From: Candidatus Zixiibacteriota bacterium
GTDB taxonomy: Bacteria > RBG-13-66-14 > B26-G2 > WVWN01
Assembly: GCA_050117845.1 (NCBI GenBank)
Contig: JASFLY010000001.1
Location: 64,001-128,000 of the forward strand
Length of the DNA stretch: 64,000 bases
Direction: 5' to 3'
In this document: positions 37,406-46,868 of the stretch, one piece after another
Layout of the letters: each line of letters starts with the position of its first letter
Position numbering within the stretch: the first letter of the stretch is position 1
Notes under the pieces: generated by a model
What the model saw: the letters and a program-made list of their open reading frames with translations, nothing else
What the model was told of the DNA's origin: nothing
Database searches by the model: none
Position numbers and translations under genes: made by a program

Positions 37406-38665
37406 TCATTCGCGGCAACCGGTGAGGTCTTCCAAGAGTTCGTGGCTGCCTTCGTTACGCCGGTACCAATCCGTTTTCTTGACGCCCTCCGGGCAGCCGG
37501 CCGCCGGGGCCATAATAACGTCGTAGTACTTCGCGTCCTCCTCGCCGACCATTACTCCGACGTCTTCTTCCGAAACGGTCGCCAGGTCCCCTTCCAGCGC
37601 GCGGAACGTTCCCCCGCTCGCCATCTCGTACGCCATTACGATAGCCTGGTAGGCGTCCTCGCCCAGGTGGGGAGGTTTGCCTCCGCCGATTCTTTTTCGC
37701 GTCGTCCAGAATAAATACCCGCCGTCGAATCCGTAAGAGGGGAGTGATGCGGTTTCGTCGCCGGTGCCGTCCAGGAGGCCGACCGTGCGACGCTCCCATT
37801 TCTCCGTATCCAGTACGTCCAAGGACCAGGGAGATCGGGGCTTTTCGGCGTTGTCCATAGGCCAGGCGAAATACCGCGAATCCGACGACCAGGCTCCTCC
37901 GTCGCAGGGTCGATGGGATAGACTAACGGCCGTACAAACGTATTCCACCAGGCCCCGGCCCGCCACGAAGAACAGGACCGGCGTATAGCCTTTAGCGAAA
38001 TTCGTATCGTTAAAACCGGAGGTGAAGTCGCGTTGGTCCCGGATGACGGGAACGCTCGCGGCGGCCTTCTTCCCGTCGGGAGAGACGGCCACGTAGTCGT
38101 CGAAGTACTCGCGAACGTACCAACCCTTTTTATAACCATCCCTTATCGCCGCCACCATTCCCGGCGCGTCTCCCGCCCGGCCGAGTTCGTGAGTCCGGGC
38201 GAAGGCGTCGTATATGTCCGCGCGCAGGACGTACTTGTCCGCGAGCCAGCCGACGCGGCCGCCGGCTTCGACTTTGCGCCATACCGCGTCGCCCGGGTCC
38301 TTAACCGTGGGTTGTACTACCGGCAGTGCCGACACATATGGTTCCCGTTCCTGGCTGAGCGAGTACACCCAGCCACCCTCGGTCGTGGTGATCTCGGGGA
38401 AGAGGTATTTTACGCGCGTCCCTTCTTTGAAGGTGGCCACAATCGGCGCGTCGGCCTTGGCCTCGCGGCGTAGCGTCGCTTCCGGTATGTAGACGACGAA
38501 CTCGTCGACGCGCGCCGACGGCGCCGGCTGCGTATCGACCTCGTTTCCGGCCGACGTTTCGCCTGGGGCCGCGGCGGTCTCGGCCGGATCCGGTTTACCG
38601 CCGCACGCGGCCGCCAGCAAGGCCGCCGTTAACGCGAACGTTATTACGTAGTGCCAGCTCTTCAA
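37406..38665 (-). CDS. Lipoprotein with SH3-like domain and partial beta-propeller (family with 41904 and 42974)
   Basis: Lipobox AAAC; LRRE....A.iv....eGTRV...WRKVEAGGRVGWLAD; SPDGKK. Confidence 0.72.
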   Translation of the reverse strand: MKSWHYVITFALTAALLAAACGGKPDPAETAAAPGETSAGNEVDTQPAPSARVDEFVVYIPEATLRREAKADAPIVATFKEGTRVKYLFPEITTTEGGWVYSLSQEREPYVSALPVVQPTVKDPGDAVWRKVEAGGRVGWLADKYVLRADIYDAFARTHELGRAGDAPGMVAAIRDGYKKGWYVREYFDDYVAVSPDGKKAAASVPVIRDQRDFTSGFNDTNFAKGYTPVLFFVAGRGLVEYVCTAVSLSHRPCDGGAWSSDSRYFAWPMDNAEKPRSPWSLDVLDTEKWERRTVGLLDGTGDETASLPSYGFDGGYLFWTTRKRIGGGKPPHLGEDAYQAIVMAYEMASGGTFRALEGDLATVSEEDVGVMVGEEDAKYYDVIMAPAAGCPEGVKKTDWYRRNEGSHELLEDLTGCRE

Positions 38666-38677
38666 ACCGGCCTCCCT

Positions 38678-39943
38678 TTATTCCTCAATGACGCGGCCGT
38701 ACGTATCGAACAGCACGCCGTCCACCCGCATGGGCGAGAAGCGGGGATGCTCGTAACCAACTTCGCCCCCAGGGCTAATCCACGTATCGCCGGTGCCGTC
38801 GACGTTTATTATGTATATCTGCCCGGCACCCATATTTTCCACGCACGGCGGGTCGTAGGCGATTTTTCCGCCGTCCGGCGAAAAGCGGGGCGTTAAATAA
38901 AAGCTAAGGCCTCCACCGCCCGTGGTGGGTAACCGCTGGAGTTCTAAAGTATTTACGTCAGCGACCGTTATACCCCCTCCCAACGATTGGAAGACGATCC
39001 TTTTGCCGTCGGGGGAGAAATCCGGTTTTTCTTCGCGTTTATCGTTGGGCGTGAGGTTGTGCCGTCCGGTCCCGTCGGCGTTGACGACGTATACGTCGTA
39101 CCCCAGCTCGTGGTCGTAATCGTCGCCCGAGCGGAAGGCTATTTTCGAACCGTCCGGGGAGATAGTCGGGTTTTTGTCAAAACGGAATTCGTGTCCGACG
39201 GGTGGGCCGGTGACGCGGCGGAGGCCCGAGCCGTCGATATTTATCATGTAAATTTCGTAACCTTTTTCGAACGCAATCTCTTCGCCCGACGCCGGTAAGG
39301 AGGGGGTGCGCGGATAACCATCGGACGAATAAATTAGGCGACGTCCGCGACCGGCGACGTCCGCGATAAATATACCGTTAGCCGATTTACCTTTAGGTGC
39401 GGTATAAACGACCGCTCGGCTGTCCGGCGTAAAGGCGAAGTCCGTCCAATAATCACCTTCGTCGCATAGTACGGTTTCCCCCGAGCCGTCTACGTTGATT
39501 ACGAACAGGGAGGATTTTTCCTCTCGCCTGTTTTTTAGATACGCGATTTTTGTCCCGTCGGGCGAAAATTGGGGGGATTCGCCCGCGACGCCTAAATAGG
39601 CCCAGGACCTACCGTCTATCGAGGCCAACGCGAGGCAGGGACCATTTACCCGGCCGCCGACATCGGCCGTGAAAACGACGACGTTCTCGGCCCGCTTCCC
39701 GCCGTCGCACGGAACCAGCAATTCGTCTACGCTTACTTGTTCCGTGTTTAGGTTGCGGGGATACTCGGGGTCTTCGGAAAACCAGGCCTCGGCGCCGCTC
39801 GCTCCCGTCTTTTCCGCGGCCGTTTCTCCGCCCGGAGGCGCGGCTGTTTCGGCCGGGTCGGCCTTGCCGCCGCACGCCGACACTAGGAGTACTAGCGCCG
39901 CCGCGGCGAGGAATAACGTTACTAATATCTTCCCGTATTTCAT
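38678..39943 (-). CDS. TolB-like PD40-repeat lipoprotein
   Basis: Lipobox VSAC; repeated P.FSPDG.KIA...iy.inaDG.g. Confidence 0.85.
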   Translation of the reverse strand: MKYGKILVTLFLAAAALVLLVSACGGKADPAETAAPPGGETAAEKTGASGAEAWFSEDPEYPRNLNTEQVSVDELLVPCDGGKRAENVVVFTADVGGRVNGPCLALASIDGRSWAYLGVAGESPQFSPDGTKIAYLKNRREEKSSLFVINVDGSGETVLCDEGDYWTDFAFTPDSRAVVYTAPKGKSANGIFIADVAGRGRRLIYSSDGYPRTPSLPASGEEIAFEKGYEIYMINIDGSGLRRVTGPPVGHEFRFDKNPTISPDGSKIAFRSGDDYDHELGYDVYVVNADGTGRHNLTPNDKREEKPDFSPDGKRIVFQSLGGGITVADVNTLELQRLPTTGGGGLSFYLTPRFSPDGGKIAYDPPCVENMGAGQIYIINVDGTGDTWISPGGEVGYEHPRFSPMRVDGVLFDTYGRVIEE

Positions 39944-39994
39944 AATGCCTCCTCCGAACCTTAGCGTATTTTAGGTCGGAGCGACGGCCTTGGC

Positions 39995-40459
39995 TTATTC
40001 GTCCGGGTCTAGTCGAAACTCCATTACAACCAAGTACCATACGCCTACGGGTTTCCCTTGGTAAGTGGCCGGCTTAAACTTGCATTCCAAGGCCGCCTTT
40101 TTCGCCGCCTCGTCCATACCCGCTACGCCGAGGGAAGATTTAACGCCGGCTTCAAGTACGTCGCCTTTCTCGTCGATGTAGACGACTAGGGTGACGTCGC
40201 CTTCTATCTTGGCTTCGCGCGCCTCCTCGGGGTATTTGGGCCTAACGGTTTTTATAATCACCGGCGGCTCGTCGTACTCGTGGCCGAGGCGTGGCAAGTC
40301 CAAGTCCGATATCTCCTCCTCCGACAATACGATGACTTCTTTTTCATATTGTTCGTCTGTTTTGCCGCCGCGGTGACAGCTCGAAAATAGTAAGGTTCCA
40401 AAGGCGATCAGCGTTGCGGCCGCTATTTTACCGTAAATAAATTTATTAATCCGTATCAT
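39995..40459 (-). CDS. TonB C-terminal domain (energy transducer-like) protein, possible lipoprotein
   Basis: PKYPEEAREAKIEGDV...IDEKGDV...DEAA..A....FKPA...GKPV; FSSC lipobox-like. Confidence 0.85.
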   Translation of the reverse strand: MIRINKFIYGKIAAATLIAFGTLLFSSCHRGGKTDEQYEKEVIVLSEEEISDLDLPRLGHEYDEPPVIIKTVRPKYPEEAREAKIEGDVTLVVYIDEKGDVLEAGVKSSLGVAGMDEAAKKAALECKFKPATYQGKPVGVWYLVVMEFRLDPDE

Positions 40460-40611
40460 CGAATACGTCCTGCGTTAAAATGGAAACCTCCCGAGCACGC
40501 GGCATAACATCTCGCCGCGCGGGGTTGATGGATATCCGGGGCCGACGTTAAGTAGATGAGGCGGTGCCGGCCTTTGTATCCCCTTTCGCCAACGTAGCCG
40601 CCACTCCTTTT

Positions 40612-41889
40612 TCACTCCTCTATAACCCGCCCGTACGTGTCGAGCAGCACGCCGTCGACGCGCGTGGGCGAGAAGCAGGGATGCTCGTAACAAACTTTAC
40701 CCCCCGGGCTTACCCACGTGTCGCCCGTGCCGTCGGCGTTTATAATGTATATCTGCCGGGTACTCATGTTTTCCCCATATGCCGGGTCGTAGACGATTTT
40801 TCCGCCGTCCGGCGAGAAGCGGGGCGTTAAATGATCATGATAACTCCCGGCGCCGCCCGTAGTAGGTACCCGCCGTAGTTCGTATCTGTTTACGTCGACT
40901 ATAGTTATGCCCCCTTCCCACGATTGGAAGACGATCACTTCGCTGTCGGGGGAGAAATCGGACTTTTCTTCACGGGTATCGTTTGTCGTAACGTTGCGGC
41001 GCCCCGTTCCGTCGGCGTTGACGATATAAGCGTCGAGCGACATCCCGTGGTCCTCGTACGTCGCATCCCCGGAGATAAAGGCTATCTTCGAACCGTCCGG
41101 CGAGAAGGCGGGGTTTAAGTCTCCTATTTCCTCGTTTTCGTCGCTTGGGCCCGTGACGCGTCTGAGCCCCGTGCCGTCGACGTTAATTGCGTAAATGTCC
41201 CGCCCTCTTTCGAACGCAATCTCTTCGCCCGAAGCCGGTAGAGAGGGGGAGCCGAGGCGTTCCTCGGACGAATAAATTACACGGCGTCCGCGACCGGCAA
41301 CATCCGCGAGGACCATTACGTTAGGCGATTCCCATTGGAACGCCGTATAGACGACCGCTCGGCTGTCGGGGGTAAAGGCGAAGCCGGTAAGGTGGCAATC
41401 ATCGCCGGATAGTATCTTTTTACCTGAACCGTCGGCGTTTATTACGTACAGGGCGGTTTTATCATCCGGGATAATTTCGCGATAAGCTATCTTCGTCCCG
41501 TCGGGCGAAAATTGCGGGTATTCACCTTCGACGCCCAAATAAGCCCAGGACTTACCGTCTATCGAGGCCAGCGCAAGGCGAGGGCCGTTTACCCACCGAT
41601 TAACGTCGGCGGTGAAGGCGACGACGTTCTCGGCCCGCTTCCCGCCGTCGCACGGAACCAGCAATTCGTCCACGCTTACGAGTTCCGTATCGGGATTGGG
41701 AGGACACCAGGGGGTGTGCGCTTCGGCCGGAGTAAACCAGCCGTCGGGGCCGCTCGCGTTTGTCGTTTCCGCGACCGGTTCTCCGCCTGGAGGCACGGCC
41801 GTTTCGCCGGGGTCGGCCTTGCCGCCGCACCCTGCTAAGCGGAGTAAGCTAACCGCGAGAACAACGCTCCATGTTAAACGTCGCTTCAT
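40612..41889 (-). CDS. TolB-like PD40-repeat lipoprotein (paralog of 38678..39943)
   Basis: ATG 41889 with GGAG RBS; lipobox LAGC; shared VSVDELLVPCDGGKRAENVV and C-terminal RVDGVL.DTYGRVIEE. Confidence 0.85.
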   Translation of the reverse strand: MKRRLTWSVVLAVSLLRLAGCGGKADPGETAVPPGGEPVAETTNASGPDGWFTPAEAHTPWCPPNPDTELVSVDELLVPCDGGKRAENVVAFTADVNRWVNGPRLALASIDGKSWAYLGVEGEYPQFSPDGTKIAYREIIPDDKTALYVINADGSGKKILSGDDCHLTGFAFTPDSRAVVYTAFQWESPNVMVLADVAGRGRRVIYSSEERLGSPSLPASGEEIAFERGRDIYAINVDGTGLRRVTGPSDENEEIGDLNPAFSPDGSKIAFISGDATYEDHGMSLDAYIVNADGTGRRNVTTNDTREEKSDFSPDSEVIVFQSWEGGITIVDVNRYELRRVPTTGGAGSYHDHLTPRFSPDGGKIVYDPAYGENMSTRQIYIINADGTGDTWVSPGGKVCYEHPCFSPTRVDGVLLDTYGRVIEE

Positions 41890-41903
41890 CGTACTCCCTC
41901 CCA

Positions 41904-42938
41904 TTACTCCCACGATTCGCGCGCCAACGCGTACGCGCCGTTGTATTTTTCGTACAGTTTGGAACCTCGCAACGCCTCCGGGACGGCGGCCGCGGGAACC
42001 ATTTTTACCTCGTAGTAATCGTACCAGGCCCCCGGCGTAAGTAGCCGGTCCATATCTCTAATCGTCGCGGGGTCCGCTTCCAGCAGGCGGAGGGTTTCGC
42101 CCGTCGATACGTCGTACGCCAACAATACCGGCGTCTCGGCGTCGGGGCGCTGCGTCGGCGGGTTCTCGGGCTTCTCGTAGCCGAGCCATACGACGAACTC
42201 GCCTATTATTTCGTGCTCCCACCAGCCACCCAACCAATATAAAACGCCAAGGTCGACTTGCTCCCCCGTATCGACGTCCAATAACCCGGCGTTAAACGAT
42301 CTGGTAGGGTATACGAAATGCCGGGAGTCGGGGAACCACTCGCCCCGGCCCAGGTAGCCTTCTACGAGGGCGTAACGAGCCAGGCCGCGGCCTGTGGCGA
42401 ATATCATCAACGGCACGGGCTCCCGAGAAACACTACTGCCGTACGTCTCGGCCCAGGTCGTCGGCATTACCCGGCTGTCGCCGAGGTTGACGAGGACTTT
42501 GGAGCCGTCCGGCGATAGGTAGAAATTCGGCGACGAATACATCACCACGTCGAGGACCGTGCGAAGGCCCTTTACAACCCCGGCTAACATCCCCTCGGCG
42601 TCGCCGGCCCGGCCGCGCTCGTCCGCTTCCTCAAACGGGTCGTAGAAATAGGCCGGGACAACGTCGGCGTCGGCGACCCAACCCACGGCGTCGCCCGCTT
42701 TTCCTTGCCGCCAATAGCGCCCCCCGACCTCCGTAACGACCTCGCTCAGGCTTTTAACTCTCGTACCTCTCGCTAGCACTTCTCGTACCTCGGCGTCGTC
42801 GGCCGGCTCCGTGCGTAAGGCCGCCTCGTCCACGTAGACGACGTATTCGTGCGGCGGGACGGCTTCTCCGGCCTTCGCGGGGGCCGCCGAGGTCAACGGT
42901 ATCGCCGCTGCGACGCTGGCTAATATTAACTTCCGCAT
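41904..42938 (-). CDS. Secreted SH3-like domain protein
   Basis: Signal peptide; PPHEYVV.VD...LR..P...A.V..vL..GTR...W...kAGDA.GWVAD. Confidence 0.72.
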   Translation of the reverse strand: MRKLILASVAAAIPLTSAAPAKAGEAVPPHEYVVYVDEAALRTEPADDAEVREVLARGTRVKSLSEVVTEVGGRYWRQGKAGDAVGWVADADVVPAYFYDPFEEADERGRAGDAEGMLAGVVKGLRTVLDVVMYSSPNFYLSPDGSKVLVNLGDSRVMPTTWAETYGSSVSREPVPLMIFATGRGLARYALVEGYLGRGEWFPDSRHFVYPTRSFNAGLLDVDTGEQVDLGVLYWLGGWWEHEIIGEFVVWLGYEKPENPPTQRPDAETPVLLAYDVSTGETLRLLEADPATIRDMDRLLTPGAWYDYYEVKMVPAAAVPEALRGSKLYEKYNGAYALARESWE

Positions 42939-42973
42939 CCCGTTACACTCCTATATTACCGTACGCGTCAGTA

Positions 42974-44035
42974 CTAAGCCTGCGACTCCCACGCGTACGC
43001 CCAAGCGCCGTCGTACTTCTTATATAGTTTCGAACGCTCGACCGCCGGCGGGGCCGAACCGGAAGGGTTCATTTGAATTTTGTAGAGGTCCCACCCGCGC
43101 CCGGGTTCGGCTTCGTCTGCAATTGTCGTAATATCTCCTCGCAACACGTGTTTAATCGTTTTCGTTTTCAAATCGTAAACGTATAAAGCGGGTATTCTAA
43201 AGTAGCGGTAGGGCTTCGGGACGTCCTTGAATTCATCCACCGTGTACCAGATTAGATAACCGCCGGCGAACTCGTAAGAGTGGGGCCAGTAGTTGGGTTG
43301 ATAATCCTTAGCGTCAAAATCTTCCGACGAAAGGCACCACCCCAGGTATTCAACTTCGTTGGAGGTCGTGTCGTACAGGGCCACCTGGCCGGGACACGTG
43401 TCACTCCGCCACCCGCCCACGGGAACGCCGGCGTAGGCGTAGTAACGCGACGTGGCGTCCCACCGGCCGGGGATATGGTCGCCCATCTTAAGGTGGTCGA
43501 CGAGCCCTCGTCCGTTCGCGAAGTAGAGGACTTCTTGCGGCCCGTAGGGCAGGCCGTCCGCTACCTCGACGATGAGTTTTTCCCCGTCGGGGGATACGCT
43601 GTAATAGTAGTCCTCGTATTCGGGGTCTATCCCCAACGTCCTGTTGGCCGCCACAGCCGCGGCCGACATGGCGGCGGCGTCGCCGGCCTTGCCCCGCTCG
43701 TCCGCCTCCTTGAAAGCGTCGTAGATGTCCGCCCGGAGTACGTACCGGTCCGCCACCCATCCCTCCGCGTCGCCGGCCTTCACTCGTCGCCACTCGAATT
43801 CTTCATAGGGTTCCTCGGCGGCCTGTATCCACGCGAGGCGCGTACCTTCCCGCAGTACGGCGAGGACGGTAGCCTTGGTACTCGGCCCCTCCCGCAAATT
43901 CAACGCGTCGACCCATACGACGTATTCGTGCGGCGGTGCGGCATCAGCGGCCGGTGCCGTCGCCGGGAAGGCCGCCGTCGCAAGGAGGAGGGTTACGTAC
44001 ATCGCCATCCTCGGAGTATTGTACTTACCGCCCAT
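42974..44035 (-). CDS. Secreted SH3 domain protein (paralog of 41904..42938)
   Basis: PPHEYVVWVDALNLREGPSTKATVL...WRRVKAGDAEGWVAD; EADERG.AGDA..M. Confidence 0.75.
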   Translation of the reverse strand: MGGKYNTPRMAMYVTLLLATAAFPATAPAADAAPPHEYVVWVDALNLREGPSTKATVLAVLREGTRLAWIQAAEEPYEEFEWRRVKAGDAEGWVADRYVLRADIYDAFKEADERGKAGDAAAMSAAAVAANRTLGIDPEYEDYYYSVSPDGEKLIVEVADGLPYGPQEVLYFANGRGLVDHLKMGDHIPGRWDATSRYYAYAGVPVGGWRSDTCPGQVALYDTTSNEVEYLGWCLSSEDFDAKDYQPNYWPHSYEFAGGYLIWYTVDEFKDVPKPYRYFRIPALYVYDLKTKTIKHVLRGDITTIADEAEPGRGWDLYKIQMNPSGSAPPAVERSKLYKKYDGAWAYAWESQA

Positions 44036-44121
44036 TATCTTCGCCTCCGCCCGCCCGGCCCACGGTCGTCTGTATCGAAATCGGCGTGAGTGTCGCTTTC
44101 ACCTTACGCCGGCCTTTCTTT

Positions 44122-44754
44122 TTACTTCCCCGGTAGCTTATACGATATCAATTCGGCGTCCCCTATTAATTTACCTTTCACGCCGCAGGGACCGCCGACG
44201 CCGACGGCGTACCAAACTTTATACTTGGTCATTTTTTCGATATTAAAGTTATAATTAAATTCGTGATACTCGATCACCCAGCAATCTTCGAAAGTTCCCG
44301 CTTCGACTGTGCAATCTTCTACCCGTAAGACCGTCGCTTTACTGTCGTGCGAATCGTTAGGGCGACAAACCCAGGTTTTTCCTACTTCTAAAGGAAACTT
44401 AAGTAATACCCGGTAGTCATCCTGGTTCGGGTCTTCATATATCCTTACTTCGTTATTCGCGACGCGGATGAAACGATACCCCGTAAACCCCCATTTTGGG
44501 GAGTCCGGTGCTCGCATCCAATGCTCCATAACGCTGACTTCCCCGGCGGATTCGTGCTCTGATACTTCTTTAATTACGTATTTTTCGTGACCTGTACCCA
44601 TGAAGTTCTCGCACCGGTATAACCACTCGGCCCCTTCCTGGTGGGGGAAGGAAAACGACGCCAGGTCCTCGACGCGGGGCGGCGTTTTGCCGCAGTTGAG
44701 GAGTAGCGTCGCCAACGTAAATACTGCTATAGAGCTAAATCTGATGTACTTCAT
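44122..44754 (-). CDS. Hypothetical lipoprotein (DUF3108-like beta-rich fold)
   Basis: Lipobox LLNC; LKFPLEVGKTW...TVEAGTFEDC..IEY...WYAVGVG. Confidence 0.65.
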   Translation of the reverse strand: MKYIRFSSIAVFTLATLLLNCGKTPPRVEDLASFSFPHQEGAEWLYRCENFMGTGHEKYVIKEVSEHESAGEVSVMEHWMRAPDSPKWGFTGYRFIRVANNEVRIYEDPNQDDYRVLLKFPLEVGKTWVCRPNDSHDSKATVLRVEDCTVEAGTFEDCWVIEYHEFNYNFNIEKMTKYKVWYAVGVGGPCGVKGKLIGDAELISYKLPGK

Positions 44755-44819
44755 GGAGGGGTCCTCCTTAATTAAGCTATACTCGTTTTCGTTATATTAA
44801 ACTCCCGGCCGAACGGCGT

Positions 44820-45380
44820 TTACCGGCGGACCAATGTAGCGATAACGATTAGTGCGAAAATAAGCGCGATAATAGCGTACAATATAAAGTGCATGCGCTG
44901 CACCGTTCGCGCGTAGAACAATTCCGGTTCTATGGAATCGCCGGTAGGGCCGTCGAACTTCGCGCCGCATTTCAAACATTTGACGGGTGTGACGCCTATA
45001 TCGCGGTCGAGTAACCAGCTTACTTCCCCACGTAATCCCCAAAAAAAGACTAACCGAAGCTCGTCACTCCCGCAAACGGGGCACGGGACGAAGCCGCGGC
45101 GACGCGGACTCGTTTCCGCATCCGCGTAATCCGGCGAAGTTACCACGGCTCCGCAAGCCGGGCAAGGCGCGGTTTCGCCCGGCTTCCGACCGGCGGCGTC
45201 CACTACCGCGCCGCATTGGCCGCATGTCAACTCGGACCCGGAGGCCTTACCCTCTTCGACTTTATCGGAGCCCGGGATAGTGACGTTCGAGAGACAACGC
45301 CGGCACAGTACCACGTCGCCCGGCTTCGCGCCTCTGACGAAGATTAAACCGCCGCACTTCTGACAGGTCAATTTCTTCAC
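44820..45380 (-). CDS. Multi-zinc-ribbon protein with C-terminal TM helix
   Basis: Six CxxC knuckles, hydrophobic C-terminus. Confidence 0.75.
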   Translation of the reverse strand: MKKLTCQKCGGLIFVRGAKPGDVVLCRRCLSNVTIPGSDKVEEGKASGSELTCGQCGAVVDAAGRKPGETAPCPACGAVVTSPDYADAETSPRRRGFVPCPVCGSDELRLVFFWGLRGEVSWLLDRDIGVTPVKCLKCGAKFDGPTGDSIEPELFYARTVQRMHFILYAIIALIFALIVIATLVRR

Positions 45381-45437
45381 AATTAACCAACCTCGCGGAA
45401 AACGACTCGTGGCGCCGCGGTTTATGCGTGTGGCGGC

Positions 45438-46799
45438 CTAGCCGCCAGCGTTCAAAGCGCGCAGTTCGTGTTCCGCCAAAATAAACGCGCCGGTGCGCCT
45501 CGCCTCGGTGGCCGCCGCGGCCTCGAAATGGCGCCGCGCGCCTTTCAGGTCGCCGTCGAGTTTGTACTTGTACCCGACGTAAAAGTGAACGGTACAGCGT
45601 TCATTAACGTCGTTGCCGGCGCTCGAAAACAACTGCTCCTCGTTTATTTCGCCGGTTATATATAGGGCTACGTTCGCGCCGCACGTTTTCGGGTAACCGT
45701 CAATTATCGACGGCAGATACTCCGTCCCGTCCTCTCCCGCGGCCGACGCGAAGACGTACGAGAGTAAGCAACCCAGCTCGGTTCCGCCTAGTTCCGTATA
45801 TTTTCCCGCCGCGGCGAGGGCTTCCTCGTATCGGCCCTCCATATATAAAGCGATACCCTTGAGACGCCAGGCGTTCTTTTGTCCCGGGTTCAAGGTCAGC
45901 GCCTGGTCCAGGCACGTAAGGCCGCCGGCGCCGTCTCCCCGGGCGAGTAAAAACATCCCCTTATATAACCATGCCGTTTCGTCGTCCGGGTCGAGGGACA
46001 ACGCCCGATCGAATAATTTCGCGGCTTCGTCGTAATACCCCCACACGTACAGAAGCACGGCCTCGTTGCGTACGGGGTCCGCGAAGTCGGGGTCGGCGAC
46101 GATGGCGACGTTGAACGCTTTTAGTGCTTCGCTGTACTCGCCCAGGAGTCCCAAAGTTTCCCCTTTGCGGTCCCAGTAGCGGGCGTTATCCGGTTCGAGG
46201 TCGGCGGCCTCGTCGAAGCAGGCCAGCGCCTCGCGGTATCGGCCCAGCGCGAAGAGCGCCCCGCCTTCCATAAAATACGGGTACGCGGGGGCCGCGTCCA
46301 ACTCCGCCGCGCGGCTAAAAGCCCGGGCCGCTTCCCCGTACCGCCGGAGTCTGAACAACGCCATGCCTTTGCACAGGTGGGCGTCGGCGCTTTCGGGCGT
46401 CCGCGCGAGCGCTTCGGCGAAGGCGTCGAGGGCTTGTTCCGGTTCTCCCGCGAAAGTCAAGGCCTCGCCTTTACCTGTGTACGCCGACGCATGGTCGGGG
46501 TAATGTTGCAGGAACAGGTCGTACCTCGCAACCGCATCTTCGTACCGCCCGAGTTCGTATAGCGTTAATGCTTCATTATAATGGACGTAGTGGCGCCGCG
46601 GCATTAGCCAACCCGCCCGCTCGTACCATCCCAACGCCTCGTCGTATTTCCCGTCGGCGTAGTGGATTCCTCCGGCGCGGTAGCAAAAGTCGGCCGCGGA
46701 TACCCCCGTGGCGTAGGCCGTGAAATACGCTACGGCAAGGGAAACCGGCACGCCCACGACGATCGCCGCCACGATACCTATGTGCCTTAACTTAACCAT
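45438..46799 (-). CDS. Membrane-anchored TPR protein with NlpI-like C-terminus
   Basis: N-terminal TM; many KG.aL..lgrYeeA...fd.A..ldP repeats; C-terminal CTVHFYVG...A...F. Confidence 0.82.
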   Translation of the reverse strand: MVKLRHIGIVAAIVVGVPVSLAVAYFTAYATGVSAADFCYRAGGIHYADGKYDEALGWYERAGWLMPRRHYVHYNEALTLYELGRYEDAVARYDLFLQHYPDHASAYTGKGEALTFAGEPEQALDAFAEALARTPESADAHLCKGMALFRLRRYGEAARAFSRAAELDAAPAYPYFMEGGALFALGRYREALACFDEAADLEPDNARYWDRKGETLGLLGEYSEALKAFNVAIVADPDFADPVRNEAVLLYVWGYYDEAAKLFDRALSLDPDDETAWLYKGMFLLARGDGAGGLTCLDQALTLNPGQKNAWRLKGIALYMEGRYEEALAAAGKYTELGGTELGCLLSYVFASAAGEDGTEYLPSIIDGYPKTCGANVALYITGEINEEQLFSSAGNDVNERCTVHFYVGYKYKLDGDLKGARRHFEAAAATEARRTGAFILAEHELRALNAGG

Positions 46800-46868
46800 T
46801 AACCTTCTCCTATATAAGTAACGGCCGCCTTTCTCACCACCGGCCGGCGGCCGTGCCTGGTCATTCGT

